Source of the DNA: Octopus sinensis
Taxonomy: Eukaryota
DNA length: 64,000 bases
NCBI RefSeq assembly: GCF_006345805.1
Contig: NC_043001.1
Location: forward strand, 61,070,001 to 61,134,000
Direction: 5' to 3'
In this document: piece by piece, positions 27,771-39,011 of the stretch
Layout of the letters: each line of letters starts with the position of its first letter
Position numbering within the stretch: position 1 is the first letter of the stretch
Translations under genes and position numbers: made by a program
Notes under the pieces: generated by a model
The model's database searches: none
Told to the model about the DNA's origin: nothing
Seen by the model: only the letters and a program-made list of their open reading frames with translations

Positions 27771-28216
27771 TCATTGCGATTGGTTTCTAGACGTGAATTT
27801 GATATATGGGTGGAGTGTGTTGTGTATGACATTAAATATTTGTAAGCCCTCATACATACATAAAGAGAGAGAGAAAAAGAGAGACAGACAGACAGAAGTA
27901 AGCACACACATATGTATACATACATGTGTATCTATGTGTAGGCTTTGTGGGCTAATGAACAGATAACGTATGCACGCGTGCATCAATTGATATACAATCG
28001 CATGCATTGTCACATGACTGCGTACATGCTACATTCACAAACGTACGAAGAAACCAATGCATCTCTTTTGTTATATACTGACCATCCGTTCTTCGTGCAT
28101 AGTGGTGAGGACGCCACTAAATAAATATGAGCTATAGCACCATGTTCCTGAAAGTTCCATCTGCACATCCGTAGCGTCTCACAATGAACTTTAAGTGTTA
28201 CAGTAATTCTGTAAGT

Positions 28217-28597
28217 GGAGGCGCAACGGCCCAGTGGTTAAGGCACCGGACTCGCGGTCGTAGGATCGCGGTTTCAATTCCCAGACCAGGCGTTGTGAGT
28301 GTTTATTGAGCGAAAACACCTAAAGCTCCACGAGACTCCGGCAGGGATTGTGGTGAGCCCTGCTGTACTCTTTCACCACAACTTTCTCTCACTCTTACAT
28401 CCTGTTTCTGTTGTACCTCTATTTCAAAGGGCCGGCCTTGTCACTCTCTGTGTCACGCTGAATATCCCCGAGAACTGCGTTAAGGGTACACGTGTCTGTG
28501 GAGTGCTCAGCCACTTACACGTTAATTTCACGAGCAGGCTGTTCCGTTGATCGGATCAACCGGAACCCTCGTCGTCGTAACCGACGGAGTGCTTCCA
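28217..28597 (+). mobile_element. SINE family 3, tRNA(Arg)-like head
   Basis: ggcccagtggttaaggcaccggactcgcggtcgtaggatcgcggtttcaattccc head with A/B boxes, followed by a ~320-bp unique body. Confidence 0.85.
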
Positions 28598-28759
28598 ATT
28601 CTGATGGAACAATATATGCATAATCTTACTGAAAAGCTGGTCCTAATTTCCCTGGCTGCACGGGTGCGATGAAAGGGAGAAATATGAAACCCTAACTTTA
28701 CCGGAGGGTTTCTCCTGTTGATCCTTCGTGGATGTCATCATCATAATAATGTTTTTATT

Positions 28760-29118
28760 GAGTGTGAGAGCAGTGCATGTCATCAATGTGACACTGGGGT
28801 AAAATGTACAAAGCCCAGTATACACATCATGACTACTCGTCTGATAAAGTTGCACTAGGCACATGCATCACAACCATATGTGCGCGATATGGTGATCTCA
28901 TAACAGCGCATAAACTTGAAGATGGGGCCTACCTAGAAATTATTTCAGTTCGAGTAGCACATCCCGCTCAAAATATCTTTGAATAAGGGTTTTTTAGGGA
29001 AGTTGATGGAAATGCATGTGTATTTACTTCAACTGTGTTTCCAGAGGTCAATAATTCAAACTCCAAAGAATTCTTTTAAACAGATAGCTATGATGTCCCC
29101 CTCTACTTCTGCTCGTAA
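28760..29118 (-). mobile_element. Solitary, diverged, 5'-truncated copy of the AAT-anchored element that forms the 43-58 kb array
   Basis: gagtgtgagagcagtgcatgtcatc...tacttctgctcgtaatc followed by (ATC/ATT)n. Confidence 0.9.
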
Positions 29119-29127
29119 TCATCATCC

Positions 29128-29185
<58 letters not shown>

Positions 29186-29190
29186 TATTA

Positions 29191-29234
<44 letters not shown>

Positions 29235-29246
<12 letters not shown>

Positions 29247-29720
29247 ACAATCAAGCAGAATCTTAATCGGTAGCATGTCGGAGAAAATGCTTAACGACTG
29301 TTAAAGCTGTAGGTTTTATTACATTTTGTTGAGTTCAGTGAGACAAAGTACCAGTGAAGTATTGCAGTTGAGGCAATCGACTAACCCCTCCAAAATTGCT
29401 GAACTAGTGTCAAAAGTTGAAAGAGACAAAGTGGTTTGCTGGCAGATTCCTTAGCACGTCGGACGAAATGTTTAGCGGCATTTTCTCCGGCATTTCTTCA
29501 TTTCAAGATCGATAAAATAAATAGTATGTGAGTATTGGAGTTGATATAATCCATTAACCCCAACCCCAAATTTCACATATTATGCATGTAGTAGAAAGGA
29601 CGATTATTATAATCAAGGTGGAGATGTGGTAGAAGCGTATGCAGGTTGAACAAACTGCTTAGTAGGTATTTCTTGCGACTTTTTACTTTCTGAGTTCAAA
29701 TTCCGTCGATTTTGTTTAGT
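29235..29720 (+). mobile_element. Degenerate SINE family 2 fragments
   Basis: gctggcagattccttagcacgtcggacgaaatgtttagcgg and ctgagttcaaattccg motifs. Confidence 0.55.
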
Positions 29721-30462
29721 CATTTGCCTGCAACAATTATATTGACTTTTCCCTCCACACCAGATTACATCTTCCTTTAATCATCTACCTTACTTTCACA
29801 CATTTCAGTAACCTCATCTTTGCTCATATTATTCTCTCGTTTGTCAACCAAAGGCATGTATTGGATTGTGATCGTATTACCTATATATTTATGGATTCCG
29901 TCAACTGCACATAATTTTAACCTTCTTCCAGTAAACCGCTTACTTCTCATTCCAAACACTGCATTTTTCCAACAAAATCTCAATGTGAAAAAATCTCAGT
30001 TACAACTATATTTTGTTGTCGATGAAACATGTTTTTTGTCTATCTACTTATATTCTTTGTGATTTTGGATAATAAGAAAACTATACAAATAAATCCTTTG
30101 AATTTAACTAAATTCTATATTTTTATGCTGCTGAAGATTGCTCTACATTTTAAATTGATGCAATATTTGCATTGTTCAATTAAATGGAGTTGCATGAAAC
30201 GATCGTACTGCATTACCTCTGGATATCCTTGTTGCTTCTTTTCATTATAATCACCCCATTTTGAATTATGTGGATAATACCATACTAAATTCTGGTGCCT
30301 TTAACTTAAGTACTATATTCACTGAATCTAAATTTTACTGAATTCATATATACATAAAAAATCTTGCACAACAAATATTTAAACGTACTATATAGGTGGT
30401 GCTATTAAGTTAGACATGGCCTGGACCAATCTCTGGTCGAAACATATCTAAGTTTTATCTAA

Positions 30463-30560
<98 letters not shown>

Positions 30561-31791
30561 TATACATGTAAATACATATATACACACTCACACATGTATG
30601 TATATATATATGAATATATATATATATATATATATACATAGATGGATATATAAATACACGCATATACATATGCACACGCGTTTACGTATATGTCTGTGTA
30701 TATAATCTACATTCACACATACATACATGTGTACAAATATATATGTATATATATAAATATATAATACTTATTTACACAAGTATGTGTGTGAGAGTGCGTG
30801 CGTGTATGTGCAGATATAAAGATACATAGAACTCTATGTGCAAGGAAACACGTTACAGTCTTTTCTTCTGTCCCCTATATCGCACACATAAACGCGCGCA
30901 CACACACACATGCAGATATGTAAACATAGAATACACGTATATATACATCTAACTTTTTTGTGTTTCCATTTCTAAATACGTAACGCATAAATCGCGAATA
31001 CTTGTATCAGCATGAAAACATATTCTTTTATAATCAACATACTTCAACAGATGATCACGTGCATTTTGGCAAAATAATGTACTATATTATGTTTTCTTTT
31101 AACACACCTGCATTAGAGGTTGTATAAATTTACATGATATCATGCGAACTGTTCTTATACGAAAGCGAACAAAGAAGATATACACAGCGGGAAACGGCAT
31201 AAGTAATGGGATGGAAGTAAAACAGGTTTGTATATAATAATATATGAGTATATAAAAAGTATAATTTAATAATCACAGCTAAATTGGAATATGCTGCATA
31301 AATGGTAAACAGACAAGCAAAATAAAATTAGTAATAAATGATTATAGGTGACAGATAACGAAGCCGATTTGAAGTATTCAAAAATTATATCAAAATAACA
31401 TTGTGGAAAGAACGACTCCCAAAAATATATTGTTATTTTACATGGGATATTCAATTATTCTGCATTTTAATTTATATATACTGTATCTACGTTTTCCTAT
31501 ATGGAAAACAGTTTCATCATGAATGATAATCTCTTTTAAATATTCAAGCATGAAACGCATCGACAGAGAAGTGCCAAGTGTAATCTTCTATAAGACTTTA
31601 GTCAACAAATTTGTAAATGAAAATATAACAGTTAGATGAGAAAATGAATTTAATTGAAAACCTGACGACAGAATGCGTGATTATTTATGCAAACCTGTAT
31701 AAATACATACATACATCTGTAGTTAGTCTATCAAGATTACAAGCTCAGGGTACCACGTGTAGCTATTGGGGCACAGGGATATGTAACTTAC

Positions 31792-31848
31792 AGCCTACCA
31801 CCAAGGAGAAAGTTAATTCCAGTACTACAGATCCAAGCCATCACTGAA
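31792..31848 (-). CDS. Candidate 57-nt upstream exon containing ATG (MAWICSTGINFLLG..)
   Basis: Acceptor tattattttacAG at 31850-31849 and donor CT|GTAAGT at 31791. One open frame with ATG at 31841. Confidence 0.35.
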
Positions 31849-32085
31849 CTGTAAAATAATATGTAAAACTTTCAGAAGTTTATCATTTAGATATATATGA
31901 GCATGCCTAGATATGCAAGTATATGCATGAGAAGACATACATAAAATAAAACATATAAATCTGCATGTATACATACATACATGCATACATACGAACATAC
32001 ATACGTACGTATATACATACATACATACATACATACATACATACATACATACATACATACATACATACATACATACATACATACA

Positions 32086-32119
<34 letters not shown>

Positions 32120-32139
32120 CATACATACATACATATATA

Positions 32140-33720
32140 ATTTGTTTATAGACGGCCTGAAGATTTATGCTAAAAATGTTAACAATGCCAAAAAACAACT
32201 GGGATTAATAACAACGTTTTCAGCTGATATAGGCATGGAATTTGGCCAAAATAAATATTCATATTTTGTTATAGAACGAGGAATGTCAGTTTCCCAAACT
32301 GTGCACCAACGGTCTCTCAATCTTCCCCTTTCCACACAAAGAATGTTTTAAGTACCTAGCCATAAACGAAAATGCATCATATGAAGGCACTGTGAATAAA
32401 GATAGAGTGACCCGAGAATATTACACCAGACTTAGGAAAATAAGGCAGTCGGAACTCTCCTCTAACAACAAAACAATATCCCACAATGCATTTGCAGTAC
32501 TAGTGCTGATCCCAACATTTAGGATACTGGATTGGTCTGTAGAGAAGATCCATTCCATAGTTATCAAAACCCGCAAAATCTTGACAACTGGGAACTTCCA
32601 CAGAAACAGTGATGTTGACAGGCTCTACCTGAGAAGAAATGAAGGTGGTAGAGACCTGAAATCAATGCAGACAGCCTTCGAATGCCGTATGGTATCGTTC
32701 AGGAAGCACCAGCAAAACAATAGCAGCAAAGATAAATATATAAATATTGTACAATTTGGCAGGGAGCACCTAATGAAGCACTCTCTTCCTGATGATCTAT
32801 ACAGGCCGAAAACATCTGAGCTGTCTTACTTCAGAGAAGACCTGGACGGAAAGCACTCACCATACAAAAAATATTATGCATGGGTATGTTGCCCGGAAGC
32901 TTAAAGAAGACAGCATAATTGGAACGAAGTGCAGTTTTTCTTGGATCAAAGATCACTATATCACATCACACTTTGAGAGCTACGCGTTTTCAATGCAGGA
33001 ACAGGAGATTGCCACAAAGTACCTGGTGAACAGGAGAGACAATGACGCTCTTGTAATCCATCGTGTAATCTTCTGTGGAAGACATCACGCATGTGATTAG
33101 CAGCTCACTTAAAATGTTATCGCGCGGTACTACCTCCCTATGCGGCATGATGTTCTTGCTAAAATAATTTACAATGCCATCCGCAGAAAAGGCTGTCCTG
33201 AAATAAACTTAGGAAATTTCTCTGTTATGGAATACATTCACAAACACCAACTCATGGAATACTAGTGGAATATTCCCATCAAAACGCCTGTCAAATGTAA
33301 ATATAACAGGCCGGATATTGTTGCTTGAGACAGAGGGGCAAAGGAATGTACCATCATAGAGGCCAGCTGCCCTGCAGATATAGATATCTCTTTGAAAATC
33401 AAGGGAAAATATATCTTCGAATCCTCTAGCTTCTATGTCCAGACTACGAATTCATAGTCATACAAATAATATTTGTAGCACTAGGTTTTGTTAGTATATG
33501 CTTAAAGAGAATCTGGATAAACTGGCATTTTCAGAAAGCGAAATCGATCGGCTAATTCACATATTACAAGTGCAACCTGTGAGTGGGACAGTAAAAACAT
33601 GCATAACTTTTCTCAAGTTCCAAGTGGGAATCTGTGTTAACTACATCCCAAAGATGGAGCCTTGTATCTTTGTTGGAAACCGGCTCCCTCCTCAGTGGAA
33701 GATTTATAATAATTAAAAAA
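32140..33720 (+). mobile_element. R4/Dong-clade LINE, 5'-truncated and degenerate
   Basis: LFIDGLKIYAK (cf. LYMDDLKLYA), SDVDRLYLRRNEGGR, QEQEIATK, RHD, NRPDIV and VQPVSGTVKTCITFLKF. Begins in (TACA)n. Confidence 0.85.
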
Positions 33721-34195
33721 TAGAAGTGGCATAAATACACACATACATACATACATACATACTTAAGATATCGTTGGTGCCCTGACTATTGCAATATTTC
33801 GGTTTAGTAATTCTGAATAATCACCAGATATTATAATGCAGCATTAAACGTCAAAATGTACTGAGTTCATTTATATTTTGAGGTTCAAATACGTGGGCAA
33901 TCCTCTGTGTAAAGTTCTTCTTCCAGTACCTTAAATATAATGAGTGTTATATAGTGATGAATTCAATACACTTTAAAAGGTAAGTGAGCGAAAGTTATTG
34001 CTAAGTGTATAGACAATATAAGTTGTTGACTTGATTCAATGTGGCTGTTAACCTGCTTACAATATGCCAATTAAATTTACTACACTCGCAATGTGAATGG
34101 GTTTTACGAGGAAGCAATGCAGATTTGTTTTACAAAATTATATGGACATAAGTATTCAAGAATATTTATAAAGCATGTTTAGTGTAATTAGTTTA

Positions 34196-35033
34196 GAAAA
34201 CAGTTCTATACACACACAATCACTCACACACACACACTCGGACACACACGTGTGTATGTGCGTGCTGATACAAGCACATATAAACCAGTTATTTCATATA
34301 TCGATGGAGTATAAAGAATTCATATGTATGTATATGTATGTATGTATTATATAGTGAGAATTTATAAAAACAAAAGATGAAGACGGGTGTGTAATACATA
34401 CATACATACATATATACATACATACATACATACATACATACATACTTACATACATACATATATACATACATACATACATACATACATACACACATTCATA
34501 CGGAGTGATTCAAAAGTAACTCCCTATTTTGACACACTTATAAATTATTTATTATTTGTAATTTTTTTCTCTCATTTTTTATGTTTGTTTATTGGAGTAT
34601 GAGAATGTAATCTATAATCAAATTTCCCTTGCCGTTCGTGAATTGCTGAATGCGCACTCCCCCGGGAAATGGATGAGTCCTGGTGTGCATGTGTGGCCAG
34701 CCCGGAGTCCTAACTTAACATCTTGTAACTTCTTACTTTAGAGTTGATTAAAGCAAGAAGTCTGTTGTGCCAAAGCAAAGACTTTGGAAGAACTTGTAGG
34801 GCGAATACGAGAGGTTATGTCTTTCATCCCACAAGATTTCCTGGTGGAATCAGTTGACTCAGTTCTTGGGCAACACAACAAGCTGGTGGCAAATTCCTGA
34901 GCGCATATCGAATTATAAATAAAACCTAATGCTTAAAGCATTCCTCTATCTATCTTTGGAGAAATTACAATATTACAATTAATAAATAATTCATAAGTAT
35001 TTTAAAATAACGAGTTACTTTTCAATCACCCTG

Positions 35034-35118
<85 letters not shown>

Positions 35119-35468
35119 CATACATACATATATATATATAGAAAACAGTTCTAAACACACACAATCACTCACACACCCACACACTCGGACACACACGTGT
35201 GTATGTGCGTGCTGATACAAGCACATATAAACCAGTTATCTAATAGGTTTAATAGTTATTTCATATATCGATGGAGTATAAATAATTCATATGTATGTAT
35301 ATGTATGTATGTATTATATAGTGAGAATTTACAAAAACAAAAGACGAAGACGGGTGTGTAATACATACATACATATATACATACATACATACATACATAT
35401 ATACATACATACATACATACATACATACTTACATACATACATATATACATACATACATATATACATAT
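34196..35468 (+). repeat. ~310-bp direct duplication (34196-34500 and 35141-35468) flanking a mariner-type element
   Basis: gaaaacagttcta.acacacacaatcactcac...gacgggtgtgtaatacatac is present twice. The second copy has a 20-nt insertion. Confidence 0.9.
34501..35033 (+). mobile_element. Internally deleted Tc1/mariner-superfamily element (533 bp)
   Basis: TIRs cggagtgattcaaaagtaactc / gagttacttttcaatcaccctg with TA flanks. WPARSPNLTSCNF remnant. Confidence 0.85.
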
Positions 35469-35469
35469 G

Positions 35470-37880
35470 TAGAAAATCCTTTATACAGTTTGAAGATAAG
35501 TTATAGGTCCGTAAGGATACTCCCAACGAGTTCGATGTGCCAATGGGAAGCTCAGATAGCGCCCAGATAGCCGATTTGGTCGGAATCTATATTCTCTATG
35601 AATTAGCCGACCAATTCCCGGACATCTGCGGCGGTCTATATCGTGACGATTGTCTGTTTTACCTACAGAATGCCCCGAACAGAATGATACAGAAAACTAA
35701 AAATAGATTAGCTAGGTTCTTTAGTAGGATGGGCATGAACATAGTTTTCGACGACGAACTAACTAAGGCCAATTTCTAAGATGTTACCCTAAATCTGCAT
35801 AGCAATTCTTACTGCCCCTACCATAAACCTTCCACAAACCTAAAATATGTCAGTGTTTTCAGTAACCACGCAAAAACTATCACAGATAATTTAGTTAAAA
35901 ATATTTCTTTAAGATTATCAAATTTATCTGCCAACGTCGACATTTTTAAGCATAAAGCGGAATTCTATAATGCCGCCCTGTCAAAAGCCGGTTATAGGGA
36001 AAAGGTAGCATATATAGACCCGCCACTTTCGAAATCAGTATTTGCTCATCAGGATAAGTCAACTTACAATAATATAAATAATATAAGTAGTGATGGTAGC
36101 TCTAGAAATGTCGACACAAATATAGCTAACATAAATAAGTTGCGGTCCAAGGGAGACCATCGTAGGCCAAAACCCATTCTTCAACACAGAGATGCCCCCC
36201 TTAATATAAAAGTTAGCACTCCGAGCCAGTACAAGAACAGAAAAAACTATATCTGGTTTGTGATTTCCTTTGGAAAACAAATCGGATCTAACCTTCCTTT
36301 ACAGTTTCGCCAAGCCATTGCCAGGAATTTTCCAGAAATTCGAGATATTACTCCACTATAAATTCGCACAAAGTAAGGATTGCTTTCTCAAATACTAAAA
36401 ATTTCTCACAGATAATTGCCTCCCATAACAATAAGCTGCTAAATAAGGTCTCGTCACCCATGAGCAGAGACACCGCCCTGTCAAATTCCAACGTAACATA
36501 TGGTAATAATAATAATAACAGAAATAGCACAGATATTAGCAGCCTTCATACCAGCATTGGTGTTAGTAATAGTAATAAGGATAAGAGCACTGGCCTGGTC
36601 ATTAACGGAGGGGGTCTCAATAATAATAGCAGCAGCGTTCTTAACAACAGTAGTTTTACGGACAATATCAATCACAGCATTCCCAGAAACAGGGAATGTG
36701 CAGGTGATATTGCCTTAAATAGTAATGAAAATAGGATGAATAGTATCGAATCCAGCAGTAATTTTTACACCCATGATAGAAATAAGAACGCTGTATTAGT
36801 ATCGGAAACTAATCCCAATAGATTAAGGTTCTTATCAAATAACTCCAAAATTAGAAACACCACTTACCAGTGCAAAATTTCTACTGGATCCGATGTCTAC
36901 CTCTATATTGGCGCAACCTCCTCTAAATTAGCCACAAGGATCTCAAATCATTTTCCACGTTCCGTGATAAGAGTAAACAGCACACCACGGGGCTAAGCAA
37001 ATTAGTCTGGTGTTTGAAGAACGCAAATTCAACTTTTAAGCTGGAATGGTCAATACTATCGGTTTGATAAGGGCAGAAAAATCTGTGCCCTCTGTAATTC
37101 CGAACTCTTTCATATTCTGTTTGCCCGAGGCCAAGTAATAAACGCGATTGTCGAGAGATCTTTCAGATGCTTACACTGAAAAAAGCATACCTTTCACTCA
37201 TACCAATGAAGTCTAATATAGATAACCCCTGGATTTCCTACAAAATTAATTTGTGATATCTCATCCCTTTAGTTTATAAGACTTTCTCATAATTGCTAAG
37301 AACTACTACCAATTCCAGCAGTAACCTTGTCTCTTGTCATTACCATTGTGGGCTCTTTCTGCCCTCTCCCTCTTAAGTTGGCACATTCGAACACACAGAC
37401 ACAGTTTTTTCACCTCCTGACCGTTAATTTCTTCTCTCTGCCTTCTACACACACATTCACGCATTCACAGACACACACATTAAGGCAAGTTTACACACTC
37501 ATACATACGAGCACTCATTCATAAAATAAATCAAATATAAACACCAGTCATACAGAATACATTCCCTCACTTTAATATTCCTTTACCTTCCTTCACCAGC
37601 CTTGATTGAACCCTTGAACTATTTTAACTGACATTTTCTCCTACTTTCAACCAATCTGACGTCACCCCCTATAAATAGACATTACTTATCATTATCTCTA
37701 TGGGCTCCTTGTGAGCAGTCATCGGAAAACTTGTTGTGCATTTTGTTGGCGAAATAAGTTCCTGGATTTTCCTGAAGAGAAAGCTGCATAATGGACTCCT
37801 TATTCATTCGGAATTAGGGATTTTGCAGACTTCGAAACATATGTCGAAAATAAAATAAAGGAATTTTGTTAAATCTTCGT
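35470..37880 (+). mobile_element. Penelope-like element, 5'-truncated, with RT, thumb, GIY-YIG and 3' pLTR
   Basis: FDVPMGSSDSAQIADLVGIYIL...GGLYRDDCL, F*DVTLNL, TTYQCKIS...LYIGATSSKLATRISNH and CALCNSELFHI. Few stops or frameshifts. Hammerhead in the 3' region. Confidence 0.9.
37767..37850 (+). ncRNA. Minimal type I hammerhead ribozyme with intact catalytic core
   Basis: ttttc-CTGAAGA-gaaagctgca...tgcagacttc-GAAA-c-atat-GTC-gaaaa. G10.1-C11.1 pair present, palindromic CATATG stem III, predicted cleavage after C37845. Confidence 0.8.
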
Positions 37881-37949
37881 TCAGCTCCATTCTTTCCTAT
37901 ACTTAATACATATATATATAATATATATATATATATATAGTAGTAGTAG

Positions 37950-38340
37950 TAGCGGTGTGGTAAGAAACCTGCTTCTCAACCACGTCGCTCCGAGTTTAGC
38001 CCCGCTTGTCAAGTGTCTTCTACGAATAGCATAGGGCCGACCAAATCCTTTTGAGTAGATTTGGTAGAGATGCTGAAAGCCCTTCGTACATATATGTGTG
38101 TGCGTGTGTGTGTATGCACGCGCATATGTGTGTTGTTGTATTTGTGTTTCCCGCCTCCACCGATTGAGAACCGGTATTGGTGTGTTTACGTCCCCATAAC
38201 ATAGCAGTTCACCAAGAGATTTCGAAAGAGTAATTGCCAGGCTTTTAAAAAGTACTGAGGTCGATTCATCCTACAGAAATTCTTCAAGGCCTTGCCTCAG
38301 CATGGGCACAGTCTAATAAGTGAAACAACTAAAAGGTACA
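37950..38340 (+). mobile_element. SINE family 1, diverged
   Basis: gcggtgtggtaagaaacctgcttctcaaccac...gggccgaccaaatcc...gctgaaagcccttcgt similarity to the 21488 copy. Confidence 0.6.
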
Positions 38341-38939
38341 GTGAGAGAGAGAGAGAAAGACAGACAGACGGAAGTTTCCCATACCATTTCTGCTTACCAA
38401 GTTCACTTGCAAGATATTAATTTACCGGAGGCTAAAGTAGAAGAAACTTGACCCAGAGTAGAACTGAACTCGAAGCTACATGATTGCCAAGTGAAATTCT
38501 TAACCACCCAATGATGCCTATATATAAATATATATGCCTGTATCTTTCAACTGTTGCATATGCACGCACACACACACACATATTTACTTACGCTGATATG
38601 ACAAATTGACGGGGACTTTTAAATGCTACTTTGGTAGAGAATGTTTTAATTTGAGATATAAGTTTGCATGCTAATGATATGTATTGTTTTATATTAGTGG
38701 TAATCTTCCTTCAGCATAAGAGGACTTGTAATGTGCATAAAGCTTCAGAAATCTCAAAGCAAGAATGCATTTTAATCAATTAATAGTGAATCTCACAATC
38801 GGGAACTAACTAAATACTAAGTGGGTCAGAGTAGAATATAAGTTATCAATCCATAAAAACCTATTGAATTATTAAAGCTAATTTATGACTATCTGAAATA
38901 ATGTAAAATATTCAAAACCAAATAGAAACATGTGTATAC

Positions 38940-38990
38940 CTGGAATTCTAAGCGGATCGGAAAGTTGAAAAAGATGGTAAGCGGCCTTGG
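38940..38990 (-). CDS. Weak candidate 51-nt phase 1-1 exon (AKAAYHLFQLSDPLRIPG)
   Basis: tatttcAG acceptor and CAG|GTATAC donor with an open frame. Short, and the polypyrimidine tract abuts the RTE insertion. Confidence 0.2.
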
Positions 38991-39011
38991 CTGAAATAGA
39001 TAACGTCTGGG

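Noticed and set aside
28217-28290. tRNA-Arg gene
   Set aside because: The acceptor stem is incomplete and the sequence continues into a SINE body. The same applies to the heads at 21488 and 23575-24195.
30404-30452. Hammerhead-like gacca/atctc/tggtc-GAAAC motif
   Set aside because: The CUGANGA core is absent and stem I does not pair properly.
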